The notes below the pieces were generated by a model. That model was not told the DNA's origin and did not search any database. It was given only the letters and a program-made list of their open reading frames with translations. From positions 608,001 through 672,000 of the forward strand of contig CAXNJO010000003.1 of assembly GCA_964202905.1 (NCBI GenBank): 64,000 nt of DNA, in the 5' to 3' direction. This document shows, piece after piece, positions 43,901 through 53,056 of this stretch (the first letter of the stretch is position 1; the number at the start of each line of letters is the position of its first letter). A program made the translations under genes and the position numbers. The DNA is from Polyangiales bacterium (lineage in GTDB: Bacteria > Myxococcota_A > Polyangia > Polyangiales > JADJQN01).

Positions 43901-46315
43901 GATGCGCTGCCGCGGGGTCGCCGCCAGTTCGATCTGCACCCGGAGATTCTGCAATAGTTCCTGATACTTACCGACGCGGGCGTACAGCCGATCGAGGCCC
44001 TTGAGCGCGCCGAGGTGCCGCGCCTCGACGGCGAGCGCCTCCTCGAAGCGGAGTTGCGCCTTGCCCGCGTCCGCGAGGCGGTCCTCGTAGAGCTCGGCGA
44101 GGTGGCAGAGCGTCTCGACCTTCTCCTCGCCGCGCTGGTTGCGCGCCTTCTCGTCGAGCAGCGCGACGAGCTCGGGCCAGCTCTGCTGGCGGGAGAGCAG
44201 GTCTTCGAGGGCCGCGCTCGCCTTCGCGTGGACGGGGTCGTCGGCGAGGACGAGGCGGTAGATCTCCGCGGCGCGGGTCGCGTCGTTGAGGCGGACGCCG
44301 ATGATCTCGGCGGCCTCGACGCGCGCGTCACGGGCCTTCAGAGGGCTCGAGGCCGCGTCGGCGCGGCGCAGCAGGATGCCGACGAGATCCGTCCAGGCCT
44401 GCGCCTTGCGGTAGAGCGCGCTGGTGCCCTCGAGCGCGGCCTCGTTGGCCGGATCGAGCGCGAGCGCCTGCGAATAGCAGGGCAGCGCGAAGTCGGGGCG
44501 CTGGAGCTTGTCGGCGTACCAGCCGCCCATGAGCGTGTAGAGGCGCGTCGTGTCCGCGGGCTCGCCGCCCGCCTGCACGGCCTCGTTGAGCGTGCCCATC
44601 GCCTCGTTCCAGCGGTCGGCGTTGGTGCCGGCGAGACGCTCGATCTCACGCGCGGTCTTCTCGTCGGACGGCACCTCGGTGAGCGCCTGGACCCACGCGA
44701 AGAACGCGCTCTCGGGTTGCGAGAGCTTCTCCTCGTAGAGCGAGGCGATCTCGTGCAGCACCGTCGCGCGGTCGCGGCTCGACTCGACCCGGCCCACCTT
44801 GTCGAGCAGGAGTTCGACGAGCCCCTCGACGTTGCCGCTCTGGCGGCGCAGCTCCTCGACGCCGATCTGCGCGATCTCGTCGGCAGGGTCGACCTCGAGG
44901 ATCCGCGAGTAGGCCTGCTCCGCGAGGAACGCGTCCTCGCGCTCGTGCTCGGCGATGCGCGCGACGCGGAAGAGCAGCGACTTCTTCGCTTCGACGTCGT
45001 CCGTGTTGTTGGCGGCCTCGTCGAGCGCGGCGAGCGCCTTCTCCCACTCGTGCGCGGGGCCCGCGATGCGCTCGAGCGCGACGGCGAGCTCCTCGTTGCC
45101 GGGCTCGGAGAGCAGCAGCTCGCGCGCGGCCTCGAACTCCTTCGCGTCGAAGCTGCTCTTCTCGGCGGGAGGCCGCATCGACTGGCGCGCGAGCGAGTCC
45201 ATCGCCTCGCGGATCGCCGCCGCGGTCGCGTAGCGCTCGGCCGGATCCTTCGCGAGCGCGCGCAGCACGATCTCGTCGAGCTCGCGCGGCACCCACCCGC
45301 GCGGGGCGACGCTGCTCGGCGCGGGCGGCGCCTCGGAGACGTGCTGGAGCACGATGTCGATCGCGCTCCGCCCCTGGAAGGGCGTCTTGCCCGAGAGCAC
45401 CTCGAAGAGCAGCGCCCCGAAGGCGTAGAGATCGCTGCGCCCGTCGAGCGCCTGCCCGCGCGCCTGCTCGGGCGACATGGCCTTCGCCGTGCCGAAGAGC
45501 GGCAGCACGCCCGTCTTGTCGACCGCGCCCTGCACACGCGCGAGGAGGCGATCGGTGCCACCGTCGACGAGCACGCCCTGGAGCTCGGCCTTCGCGCCGT
45601 CGGCCGCCGCGGGGCGCACGACGAACACGTTCTCGGCCTTCACGTCGCCGTGGACGAGGCCGCGCGCGTGGAGCGCCTCGAGCGCGTCGAGCACGCCGCG
45701 GAGCACGGGCCGCGCTTCGTTGAAGTGCATCGGCCCCACGCGCCCGACGCGCGCCGAGAGCGTCTGCCCCTCGACGTACTGCGTCGCGACCCACGGGCGG
45801 CCGTCCTCGAGCTGGCCGACCGCCAGCACGGGCGCGAGCGTGCCCGACTTCACGGTGCGCAGGACGCGCGACACCGTGAGGAAGCGCTGCACCGCGGCGC
45901 GGTCGCGCGCGTACTCGCCGCGCACGATCTTCACGGCGGCCCGCGTCGTCTGCTCGCCGTCCTTGCGCTCGCCGAGGTACACGACGCCGAGGCCGCCCTC
46001 GCCGAGCTTCTTCACGATGCGGAAGCCCGCGACGTTCGCGCCGGGGACGAGCTCGTCGCCGAGCGCGCCCGCATACACCTGCTGGACCCGCGCATCCACG
46101 CCCTTCGCGGAGAGCAGCAGCGCGTCGACGAGCGCCTCGAGCGCGTCCTCGCGCGCGGCCTTCTCGACGAGCGCGCGGGCGAAGGCGCCCTTGGCCGAGG
46201 TGCTGCCGACAGCCTCCGGATCGAAGCCGAGCAGCTCGTCGCTCAGTCGCTTGAGGCCATCGAGGTCGAAGTGCTTCTCCAGCTCGCCGCGCAGGAGGTC
46301 CGTGGTCGCAGTCAT
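40979..46315 (-). CDS. Giant Ser/Thr protein kinase with N-terminal helical (EAD-like) domain and long TPR array
   Basis: LGEGGLGVVY, AVK, HGDVKAEN, MSPEQ, DLYAFG; >1000 aa of TPR-like repeats. Confidence 0.9.
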   Translation of the reverse strand: MTATTDLLRGELEKHFDLDGLKRLSDELLGFDPEAVGSTSAKGAFARALVEKAAREDALEALVDALLLSAKGVDARVQQVYAGALGDELVPGANVAGFRIVKKLGEGGLGVVYLGERKDGEQTTRAAVKIVRGEYARDRAAVQRFLTVSRVLRTVKSGTLAPVLAVGQLEDGRPWVATQYVEGQTLSARVGRVGPMHFNEARPVLRGVLDALEALHARGLVHGDVKAENVFVVRPAAADGAKAELQGVLVDGGTDRLLARVQGAVDKTGVLPLFGTAKAMSPEQARGQALDGRSDLYAFGALLFEVLSGKTPFQGRSAIDIVLQHVSEAPPAPSSVAPRGWVPRELDEIVLRALAKDPAERYATAAAIREAMDSLARQSMRPPAEKSSFDAKEFEAARELLLSEPGNEELAVALERIAGPAHEWEKALAALDEAANNTDDVEAKKSLLFRVARIAEHEREDAFLAEQAYSRILEVDPADEIAQIGVEELRRQSGNVEGLVELLLDKVGRVESSRDRATVLHEIASLYEEKLSQPESAFFAWVQALTEVPSDEKTAREIERLAGTNADRWNEAMGTLNEAVQAGGEPADTTRLYTLMGGWYADKLQRPDFALPCYSQALALDPANEAALEGTSALYRKAQAWTDLVGILLRRADAASSPLKARDARVEAAEIIGVRLNDATRAAEIYRLVLADDPVHAKASAALEDLLSRQQSWPELVALLDEKARNQRGEEKVETLCHLAELYEDRLADAGKAQLRFEEALAVEARHLGALKGLDRLYARVGKYQELLQNLRVQIELAATPRQRIGLLERIGGIQEEEFVDHEKAAATFEEVVAIDPGHDGANAALARLYRQLHRFDDLATTLDRHAKSTDDDKRKVELLAQAVKVLMVDVGAPDRALATCERILAVDAGHAATLELVARLQAQTGDATAALASVEKLAESERDPQKKSELLLRAGRILEDSGDKDRAIARYKSALDADPRSVAAFGALRAIYADRGDAHGAVDLLERELAATDGPTAKARLWAELGQMARDRLGDKSRARDAFLKSLELDATSTPAARGLGEMAFAEQSWAAATKHLEPLLARTSEMDARSARDVSVMCGDAFRNQSIFDKAQRAYLNAKAFAAGDREVLERVAEVTFESGAADEAAELYRDILERFAAELGGGDKGRIIFRIGEAQRRSDELDEATKTLLEAADLLPGDALPLESLAKVYEAQSKWDDLVRTLRRRMEHAGDDERFAILVRVGDVLLEKQGDKAKAQKSYVAALELRADDRNLLTKLMGLYSESKDWGRLVEVVLRIAELVTDKRQLAKYYATAAAISASELKRFEEAADYYEQALENDPAMTRPFDGLVAALTATEAWSRLAEAYRAQLRRVEETATAEQKAALHDALATVLRDRLDSVAQAVESYEEAQKLDPENRRRGELLSEIYAGDPKRFSAKAVRQHALLLEASPYRVESYQALRKLYTDLKKADESWCVCQALRVLKQAEPDEEAFFKKHRSRQPAVAQERFDDETWLKHLLHGDQDVLLTGIFATIAPAAVASRSQPLQNLGVDAGKKRAPATDPAVMAQMLHYASGVIDVALPDVYYREQDAGGLSFLFAQPPSIGLGKGALAGGPQQALAFVAGRHLSFFRGGHYLRHLVPTGGGLRAWLLAAIKTATPQFPIPPDLAPQVAEHLAAFKQHLTPPQQEHLKSLVVKLLAAAPELNLKRWVAAVDLTADRVGFVLANDLELSLAVIQASPEDSAAVSQKDRVKELHLYAVSESYLALRHKLGIQIGE

Positions 46316-46561
46316 CGTGGGTGCTCGGTTCTCGTCGGGGGTCGCGGGGGTGGCGCGCAGGCGCGCGCACGTCGCCGGAAGTCCCCCTAAGAGGGGGGCC
46401 GGACGCACGGGCGGCGGATGTTACATGGTCGCGTCGGGCGGGCCAAGGACGTGACGGGCCCCGCGAGCGGCTGCCGGGATGGTCGGGCGACCGCAGCGTG
46501 CGCCGCGCCGGGGACGCACCGCGGTTGACTTCGCCGCCCGCGCACGGCACACACGCGCGCC

Positions 46562-46858
46562 ATGCCGCGCGTCCGCTTCGAGCCCGCCAACGTGGAGATC
46601 GACATCAGCACCGGTCGCCGCCTCGTCGACGTGACCGACGAGCACCCCGAGGCGGCCGTCCCGTACTCGTGTCGATCCGCCAGCTGCGGCACCTGCCGCG
46701 TGCGCGTGTCGGTCGGGATGGACGCCTTCCCGCCGCCGGAGGACGAGGAGCTCTCGGTCCTCGACATCTTCGGCGACGGCGCGGACACCCGCCTCTGCTG
46801 CCAGCTGCGCGTCGTCAAGGACGTGCCGCGCGTGACGATCCGTGTCGTCGATCCCTGA
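46562..46858 (+). CDS. 2Fe-2S ferredoxin
   Basis: CRSASCGTC...RLCCQ. Confidence 0.9.
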   Translation: MPRVRFEPANVEIDISTGRRLVDVTDEHPEAAVPYSCRSASCGTCRVRVSVGMDAFPPPEDEELSVLDIFGDGADTRLCCQLRVVKDVPRVTIRVVDP

Positions 46859-46866
46859 TTTTCTTG

Positions 46867-47676
46867 ATGACCCCTGAGAGTCCGATTCAGACGCCGTTCG
46901 CCATCCCCACGGAGCGGAGCGCGGCCCGCCCCATCACCCGCACCGCGAGCATCACGGGGCGGCGCGAGGCCAACGAAGACGCGGTGCTCGCGGACGACGC
47001 GCTGCGCCTCTACGCCGTGGCCGACGGCCTCGGCGGTCGGCCGGGTGGCGCGACGGCGAGCCGCGTCGCGCTCGGCGCGCTGTGGCGCGCGGTGAGCGCG
47101 TTCGCGACGGGCGACGTACCGAACGCCGAGCGGTTGCAACGCGACCTCGGCCGACGCGGCCTGTACGAAGGTCTGCTCGAGCACGCCTCGCGCTGCGCGC
47201 ACCGCGCGGTGCGCCGCGGCCAGCAGGGCCCGCTCGCCGAGATGGCGACGACCGTCGCCGCGGTCTTCTTCGCGGAGGGCGCGGCGATCGTCGCGCACGT
47301 CGGAGACAGCCGCGTCTACCGTCTGCGTCAGGGTAGCCTCACGGCGCTCACCGCCGATCACTCCCTCGTCACGGAACTCACCGCGCTCGGCACCCCGATC
47401 AGCGCTGCGCAGCGGCAGGCCTACGCCCACGTCGTCACGCGCGCGCTCGGCGTGCGCGGGGAGGCGGAGCCGGAGGTGCGCCGCGTCGACGTCGCGCCGG
47501 GGGACCTCTTCCTGCTCTGCACGGATGGCCTGCACGGCGCGCTCGCGGACGACCGGATCGCGGCCCTGCTCGGCGGCACGACGCACGAGCTCGTCGCCGA
47601 CCAGATCGTGTGGGCCGCGTTCGCCGCGGGCTCCGAGGACAACGTGAGCGCCGTGGTCCTGCGCGCCCCCGCCTGA
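46867..47676 (+). CDS. PP2C-family Ser/Thr phosphatase
   Basis: RxxNEDA, VADGLGG, HVGDSR, DHS, LCTDGL, GSEDN. Confidence 0.93.
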   Translation: MTPESPIQTPFAIPTERSAARPITRTASITGRREANEDAVLADDALRLYAVADGLGGRPGGATASRVALGALWRAVSAFATGDVPNAERLQRDLGRRGLYEGLLEHASRCAHRAVRRGQQGPLAEMATTVAAVFFAEGAAIVAHVGDSRVYRLRQGSLTALTADHSLVTELTALGTPISAAQRQAYAHVVTRALGVRGEAEPEVRRVDVAPGDLFLLCTDGLHGALADDRIAALLGGTTHELVADQIVWAAFAAGSEDNVSAVVLRAPA

Positions 47677-47712
47677 CGCGCACCGCCGAGCGAGTGGCCC
47701 CCCGTTCGGCCG

Positions 47713-47742
47713 TTTACACGGGCCCATATTCCGCGATAACGT
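47713..47742 (+). promoter_or_regulatory. Putative sigma70 promoter (TTTACA-18-TAACGT), leaderless
   Basis: -10 hexamer ends 7 nt before ATG 47750; no Shine-Dalgarno sequence. Confidence 0.55.
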
Positions 47743-47749
47743 CCCGCCG

Positions 47750-48766
47750 ATGACCAAGCGGATCGGCCTCCTCGTCGGCTGGGAGAACACGTTTCCTCCC
47801 GCCTTCCTCGACAAGCTCAACGGCCACGCGGGCGTCCACGCCGAGCTCGCGAAGATCGGCGGCACGAACGAGACGTTCACGAGGAAGTACGACGTCCTGA
47901 TCGACCGCATCAGCCAGGAGGTGCAGCACTACCGCCTGCACCTGAAGGCCGCGCAGCTCGCGGGCACCTACGTCATCAACGACCCGCTCTGGTGGTCGGC
48001 GGACGACAAGTTCTTCGGCTTCTCCCTCGCGGCGAAGCTCGGCTGCGCCATCCCGAAGACGGTGCTGCTCCCCCAGCGCGACTACATCCCCTCGATCGAC
48101 AAGTCGCGCTCGCTGCGCAACCTCGAGTTCCCCCTCGATTGGAAGGCGATCACCGACTACATCGGCTTCCCCGCCTTCCTCAAGCCGGCCGAGGGCGGAG
48201 GCTGGAAGAACGTCACGAAGGTGAACAACGAGGCCGAGTTGCTCGCGGCGTACAACGCCTCCGGCACGCTCGTGATGACGCTCCAAGAGTTCATCGACTT
48301 CGACGACTACGTGCGCTGCATCTGCATCGGCCGCGACACGATCCTGCCGATCCGCTACGACCCGCACCGTCGCTGCTACCTCGTCGAGTCGGGCTATCTG
48401 CCGCCGCGGCTCGGCCAGCGCGTCGTCGACGACGCGTGGAAGATCTGCAACGCGCTCGGCTACGACATGAACAGCGTCGAGTTCGCGATCAAGGACGGCG
48501 TGCCGTACGCGATCGACTTCACGAACCCGGCGCCCGACATGGACTACTACTCCATCACGCCGCACTACTTCGACATCGTCGTCGACGAGATGGTGAAGCT
48601 CGCGCTCCGCGTCGCGAGCGAGGGCCGCACGCCGCGCGTCCCGTACAACTTCGGCGATTTTCTGCCGGGTGGCGCCCGCGTGAACGAACAGGGCCCGATC
48701 GCGCGGATTCTCGGGGCCGGTGGTCAGCCCGGGGACGCAGCGGGCGGCGGCGTGGTCGCGCGCTGA
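47750..48766 (+). CDS. ATP-grasp ligase (RimK/glutathione synthetase-like)
   Basis: DDKFF, PKTVLLP, FPAFLKPAEGGGWKNV, QEFI, VEFAI..PYAIDFTNPAPD. Confidence 0.85.
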   Translation: MTKRIGLLVGWENTFPPAFLDKLNGHAGVHAELAKIGGTNETFTRKYDVLIDRISQEVQHYRLHLKAAQLAGTYVINDPLWWSADDKFFGFSLAAKLGCAIPKTVLLPQRDYIPSIDKSRSLRNLEFPLDWKAITDYIGFPAFLKPAEGGGWKNVTKVNNEAELLAAYNASGTLVMTLQEFIDFDDYVRCICIGRDTILPIRYDPHRRCYLVESGYLPPRLGQRVVDDAWKICNALGYDMNSVEFAIKDGVPYAIDFTNPAPDMDYYSITPHYFDIVVDEMVKLALRVASEGRTPRVPYNFGDFLPGGARVNEQGPIARILGAGGQPGDAAGGGVVAR

Positions 48767-48770
48767 ACGC

Positions 48771-50423
48771 ATGGACCACGACGGCCACTCGCACACCCCG
48801 CACGGCGTCCCGAGCCCGGCCACGGGTCCGCGCGCCTTCAAGTCCGCGCCGCCGATCGAAGGTGTCGACGAGCTGAAGCGCTACCGCGACCTCCAGCACG
48901 TCCTCGAGGAGCGCTGGGCCCTCCTGCGCGACATCGACGCCGGTCCGCGGGACGTCGTCGTCATCCCGTCGCTCTCGCTCGACGGCTTCGCGGCGTCGTC
49001 GATCCCGGGCTTCCACCTCTACGAAGAGCGGATGCTCTTCACGATGATGTTGCTGCGCCACCCGCGCACGCACCTCGTCTACGTCACGTCGCAGCCCATC
49101 CACCCGGCCGCGCTCGACTACCAGATCTCCCTGCTCACGGGGATCCCCACCGCGCACGCCCGCGAGCGGCTCACCCTGCTCGCCTGCCACGACTCGTCGG
49201 CGCGCCCCCTCACCGAGAAGATCCTCGAGCGGCCGCGCTTGATCGAGCGCATCCGCCGCGCAATCGATCCCTCGCGCGCGCACATGACCTGCTTCGCCGT
49301 CACGCACCGCGAGCGCAGCCTCGCCGTGCGGCTCGGGCTCCCGCTCTACGGCGTCGACCCGGACCTCGCGCACCTCGGCAGCAAGAGCGGCTCCCGCAAG
49401 GTCTTCCGCCAGGCGGGCGTGGCGATGGCGCCGGGCATCGAGGACGTGCGCGGCGAGGCGGAGGTCGCGTCTGCGGTCGCGGATCTCTGGGAGGCCGACC
49501 CCGCCTTGCTCCGCGTGTGCGTGAAGCACAACGAGGGCTTCAGCGGCGAGGGCAACGCCTTGCTGGATCTCGCGCCGATCGCGGCTGTCGCGCCCGGCGC
49601 CGCCTCGCGCGCGGGCCGCATCGAGGCGGTGCACGGGCACCTCGGGACGCTCCGCTGCGTGGCCGCGCACGAGACGTCGCGCGGGTTCCTGCAAGGGATG
49701 GAGCGGATGGGCGGCGTCGTCGAGGCGTGGGTCGAGGGCGCCGTGAAGCGCTCGCCGAGCGCGCAACTCCGCGTGAACCCGCGCCTCGAGCTCGAGGCGC
49801 TCTCGACGCACGACCAGATCCTCGCCGCCGATGGCCAGACCTACCTCGGCTGCACCTTCCCCGCGGACGAGCACTACCGCCTCGCGATCCAGGACGACGC
49901 GATCAAGGTGGGCCATGTGCTGCGGGACGCGGGCGCGCTCGGCCGCTTCTCGGTCGACTTCCTCACCGTCGAGCGCGAGCCCGGCGTGTGGGACCGCCTC
50001 GCCGTCGAGATCAACCTGCGGATGAGCGGCACGACGCATCCGCTGATGACGCTGCAGATGCTCTCGCACGGGCACTACGACGTCGCGAGCGGGCAGTACC
50101 TCACCGCGCGCGGCGAGCCGCGCTGCTACGTCGCGACCGACGCGCTCGCGCACCCCAACTACCGCGGCCTGCTCGTCGAGGACCTCCTCGACGTCGCCGC
50201 CGTGCATGGCCTGCACTACCGCCCCTGGACGGACCAGGGCGTCGTCTTCCATCTCGCTGGCGCGCTCTCGCAGTACGGGAAGGTCGGCGTCCTCGCGATC
50301 GGCGGCTCCCCGGACGAAGCGAACGCGTGGTTCGATGCCACGCGCACCGCGCTCGACACCGAGACGGGCGCGAGGGGGCCGGTCACCGTGCACCGCGGTC
50401 GCGTGACCTGGCCCGCCGGCTGA
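48771..50423 (+). CDS. PGM1-related ATP-grasp peptide ligase
   Basis: YEERML, GSKSGSR, KHNEGFSGEGNA, SPSAQ, STHDQIL, YLGCxFPA, EINLRxxGTTHP. Confidence 0.8.
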   Translation: MDHDGHSHTPHGVPSPATGPRAFKSAPPIEGVDELKRYRDLQHVLEERWALLRDIDAGPRDVVVIPSLSLDGFAASSIPGFHLYEERMLFTMMLLRHPRTHLVYVTSQPIHPAALDYQISLLTGIPTAHARERLTLLACHDSSARPLTEKILERPRLIERIRRAIDPSRAHMTCFAVTHRERSLAVRLGLPLYGVDPDLAHLGSKSGSRKVFRQAGVAMAPGIEDVRGEAEVASAVADLWEADPALLRVCVKHNEGFSGEGNALLDLAPIAAVAPGAASRAGRIEAVHGHLGTLRCVAAHETSRGFLQGMERMGGVVEAWVEGAVKRSPSAQLRVNPRLELEALSTHDQILAADGQTYLGCTFPADEHYRLAIQDDAIKVGHVLRDAGALGRFSVDFLTVEREPGVWDRLAVEINLRMSGTTHPLMTLQMLSHGHYDVASGQYLTARGEPRCYVATDALAHPNYRGLLVEDLLDVAAVHGLHYRPWTDQGVVFHLAGALSQYGKVGVLAIGGSPDEANAWFDATRTALDTETGARGPVTVHRGRVTWPAG

Positions 50424-50439
50424 ATCGCCATTCAGTCAG

Positions 50440-50991
50440 TCAGTCGCGCGGCGCCCGCAGCCGCCGCGGCAAGAAGAGTCCCCACGCGCCGTCGTATGGG
50501 TGCACGCGCTGCGCAGGCGCGACGCCGCGGTACATGGGCCTCCCCTCGCGCGCCCAGCGGAAGAGCCCACCCTCGAGGTTGCGCGCGTCGCGGTGGCCCG
50601 CCGCACGGAGCCGCGCGACGAGCGCCGCGCTCCGCAGGCCGACGGCGCAGTACACGACGACGGGGCGCGCGGCGGGCAGCGCGAGCGCGGCGGTCGACGC
50701 GCCTTCCGCATCCACGCGACGCGCCCCGCGCAGGTGGCTCACCGCGAACTCGGCAGCGCTCCGCACGTCGAGGAGTACGGGGCGCGCCGGCTCGGGCCTA
50801 GCGAGCGCTGCGGCGAGCGCGGCGGGCGCGACGCTGGGCGCGTCCGGATATCGCGCAGCGACGGGCACGCGCAGCAGGGCGAGCGGGAGCGCGCCCCCGA
50901 GCGGACCGAGCCACGCGGACGCGGCGAGCACGCCCACGACGACGAGCAGGAGCGCACGCCAGACCCCGCGCGAAGCGGGCCGCGCGTTCAC
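50440..50991 (-). CDS. Rhodanese-like domain protein (membrane-anchored)
   Basis: LLDVR..EF..SHLRGA, VYCAVGLRS, NLEGG. Confidence 0.88.
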   Translation of the reverse strand: MNARPASRGVWRALLLVVVGVLAASAWLGPLGGALPLALLRVPVAARYPDAPSVAPAALAAALARPEPARPVLLDVRSAAEFAVSHLRGARRVDAEGASTAALALPAARPVVVYCAVGLRSAALVARLRAAGHRDARNLEGGLFRWAREGRPMYRGVAPAQRVHPYDGAWGLFLPRRLRAPRD

Positions 50992-51983
50992 TGCCAGGGC
51001 ACGGGCGCGGCGATCGCGTCGGGCACCGCGAGCCGCCCGAGCACACCGGACGAGGCGACGTAGAGGTCGTGGCAGTCGAGCGGCCCGACGCCGAACGCGA
51101 GGTTCGCGGCCGCGCCGATCGTGCCATCCGCGGCGAGCTCGGTCGCGCCCGTCCCATCGGCCTCGAGGCGCAGCACGCGCCCGCCGCCGTTGTCGCTGAC
51201 GTAGAAGCGCCCCGCCGCGTCGAGCGTCACGCCGTCGGGGTTGCCGAGCGCGCGGGCGACGGTGCGGCGCGCCGTCTCGACGTGCGCGGCGTCGAGCGTG
51301 AGCGCGAGCAGCGTGCCCCGCGAATAGCTGAGCGCGTAGAGCGTCGTCGGATCACCGGGCGCGAACGCGAGGCCGTTGGCGCGCTCGATCGCCGACGTGG
51401 TGACCGTCGACGCCACGCCCGTCGCGGCGTCGACGCGGAAGACCGTGCCCGTCTCGAAGTCGCTCGCGTAGAGCGCGCCGTCCGGGCCGAGGGTGAGTCC
51501 GTTTGGCGCGCCGAGTCCGGTCGCGAGCGGCGAGGCCGCGGGGGACGCGACGTCGGTCGCGTAGAGCGTGCCGTTCTCGGGGGACGCGACGAACAACCGC
51601 GCGTTCGCCGCGTCGAGCGCGAGCCCCCAGATCGTCGAGACGCCGGCGATACGCAGCCAGCGCGGCTCGTTGGTGCCATCGGGCGCGAGGCGGCCCACGC
51701 CCCCGGCCTGTGAGTAGAAGATCGTCCCGTCGCGTGCGATCACGAGGCCCTCGGTGCCGCGCACCCCCGTGACCGCGGGACGCGTGTTGCCGCAGGAAGA
51801 CGCCCCGAGGTCCGCAGCGCCCGCGTCGTCCTCGCCGAGGTCCGCAGCGCCGAGGTCGACGACCCCGAGATCGGGCGCGCCGGCATCGATCGCAGGCCGC
51901 GGCGCGTCGCCCCCACAGCCCGCACCGAACAAGGCGAAGGCGACGACGACGAGCGACCGACGGCGGGTGGAGCGGACGCGCAT
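50988..51983 (-). CDS. SMP-30/gluconolactonase-family beta-propeller lipoprotein
   Basis: GAGC lipobox; TEG, PNGL, ANGLAF, PDGVTLDAAG, ANLAFG. Confidence 0.82.
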   Translation of the reverse strand: MRVRSTRRRSLVVVAFALFGAGCGGDAPRPAIDAGAPDLGVVDLGAADLGEDDAGAADLGASSCGNTRPAVTGVRGTEGLVIARDGTIFYSQAGGVGRLAPDGTNEPRWLRIAGVSTIWGLALDAANARLFVASPENGTLYATDVASPAASPLATGLGAPNGLTLGPDGALYASDFETGTVFRVDAATGVASTVTTSAIERANGLAFAPGDPTTLYALSYSRGTLLALTLDAAHVETARRTVARALGNPDGVTLDAAGRFYVSDNGGGRVLRLEADGTGATELAADGTIGAAANLAFGVGPLDCHDLYVASSGVLGRLAVPDAIAAPVPWQ

Positions 51984-52071
51984 GGAGCACCTCGAGGCGG
52001 GGGCCGCGCGGGGGGGCGGCAGGGGCGCTCGAGCCTTGCGCGCAGGGCGTCCGTCGTCAACACCGGGCCGT

Positions 52072-52569
52072 GTGCGCGAGGACGACGAGCCGCCGCAGCG
52101 GCACCCGAACTACATCACGCCCGCCGGCCTCGAGCGCCTCACGAAGGAACTCGCCGCGCTCGGCGAAGAGCGCGCGCGCGTCGTGCAGGAGGTGACCGAC
52201 GCCGCCGCGCAAGGCGATCGCTCGGAGAACGCGGAGTACCTCTACGGCAAGCGCCGACTCCGCCAGATCGACGGGCGCATGCGCTTTCTGCGCAAGCGGA
52301 TCGAGATCGCCGTACCCATCGATCCGGGCCTCCCCCGCGGAGCCCGCGTGTTCTTCGGCGCGACGCTCGAGCTCGAAGACGACGACGGGCGCCGCAGCCG
52401 CTACCAACTCGTCGGCGAGGATGAGGTCGACACCGAGCGCGCCATGATCTCCTGGCGCGCGCCGGTCGGTCGCGCGCTGCTCGGGCGCGCGCTCGACGAC
52501 GAGGTGCGCATCGAGACGCCGGGCGGGGTGCGGCGGCTCACGATCGTCGGCATCGACTACGTGCGCTGA
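52072..52569 (+). CDS. greB: Transcription elongation factor GreB
   Basis: NYITPAG, AAAQGDRSENAEYLYGKRRLRQID, VFFGA, ISWxAPVGRALLG. Confidence 0.93.
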   Translation: MREDDEPPQRHPNYITPAGLERLTKELAALGEERARVVQEVTDAAAQGDRSENAEYLYGKRRLRQIDGRMRFLRKRIEIAVPIDPGLPRGARVFFGATLELEDDDGRRSRYQLVGEDEVDTERAMISWRAPVGRALLGRALDDEVRIETPGGVRRLTIVGIDYVR

Positions 52570-52719
52570 CCAGCACCCTCGAGAGCGCGGCGATTCCGTG
52601 CACGAAACTCTTCCCATCGGCGCGGCTTTGGATAAACTCACGCGCTGTTCGTCGTCGGAGAGCGGACGACAGCGCAACGCCGGGGCCGAACCACCCCGGA
52701 GGCACCAAGGAGATCATCG

Positions 52720-52929
52720 ATGAAGAACCTCAAGATTCTGCTGGCGATCGTGGCTTTCTCGGCGGCGGGCGTGATCGGCTGCGGCGGCGACGACGCGGCG
52801 GCTGAAGAGACGACGGCCACCGAGACGGCGACCGAGGCCACCGAGGGCGGCGAGGCCGCACCGGCCGAGGGTGAGGCTGCTCCCGCCGAGGGCGAGGCCG
52901 CACCGGCCGAGGGCGAGTCCGCGGAGTGA
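52720..52929 (+). CDS. Small acidic lipoprotein with (GEAAPAE)3 repeats
   Basis: Strong RBS AAGGAG; VIGC lipobox; 21-bp tandem repeat 52849-52911. Confidence 0.8.
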   Translation: MKNLKILLAIVAFSAAGVIGCGGDDAAAEETTATETATEATEGGEAAPAEGEAAPAEGEAAPAEGESAE

Positions 52930-52983
52930 GCCCCACGCGCGCCGGGTCCGCCCGGCGTGCATGATCGCTCCGGCGGTCGGACC

Positions 52984-53052
52984 TCGAGCGCAGCGTGATC
53001 TCTCCGGAGATCGCCTGCGCTCGAAGTTTTTCCGTCCGTTTTTTTCGAGCGC
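52984..53052 (+). terminator. Intrinsic terminator-like hairpin followed by T-tracts
   Basis: tcgagcgcag..ctgcgctcga stem, then T5 and T7 runs; lies between the convergent lipoprotein gene and gnd. Confidence 0.7.
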
Positions 53053-53056
53053 CGCG

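Noticed and set aside
50421..50443. TGAAT-N4-ATTCA (ARG-box-like) plus (TCAG)3 giving stops in all three minus frames
   Set aside because: Very short, built partly from the two convergent stop codons, and a single occurrence; chance cannot be excluded.
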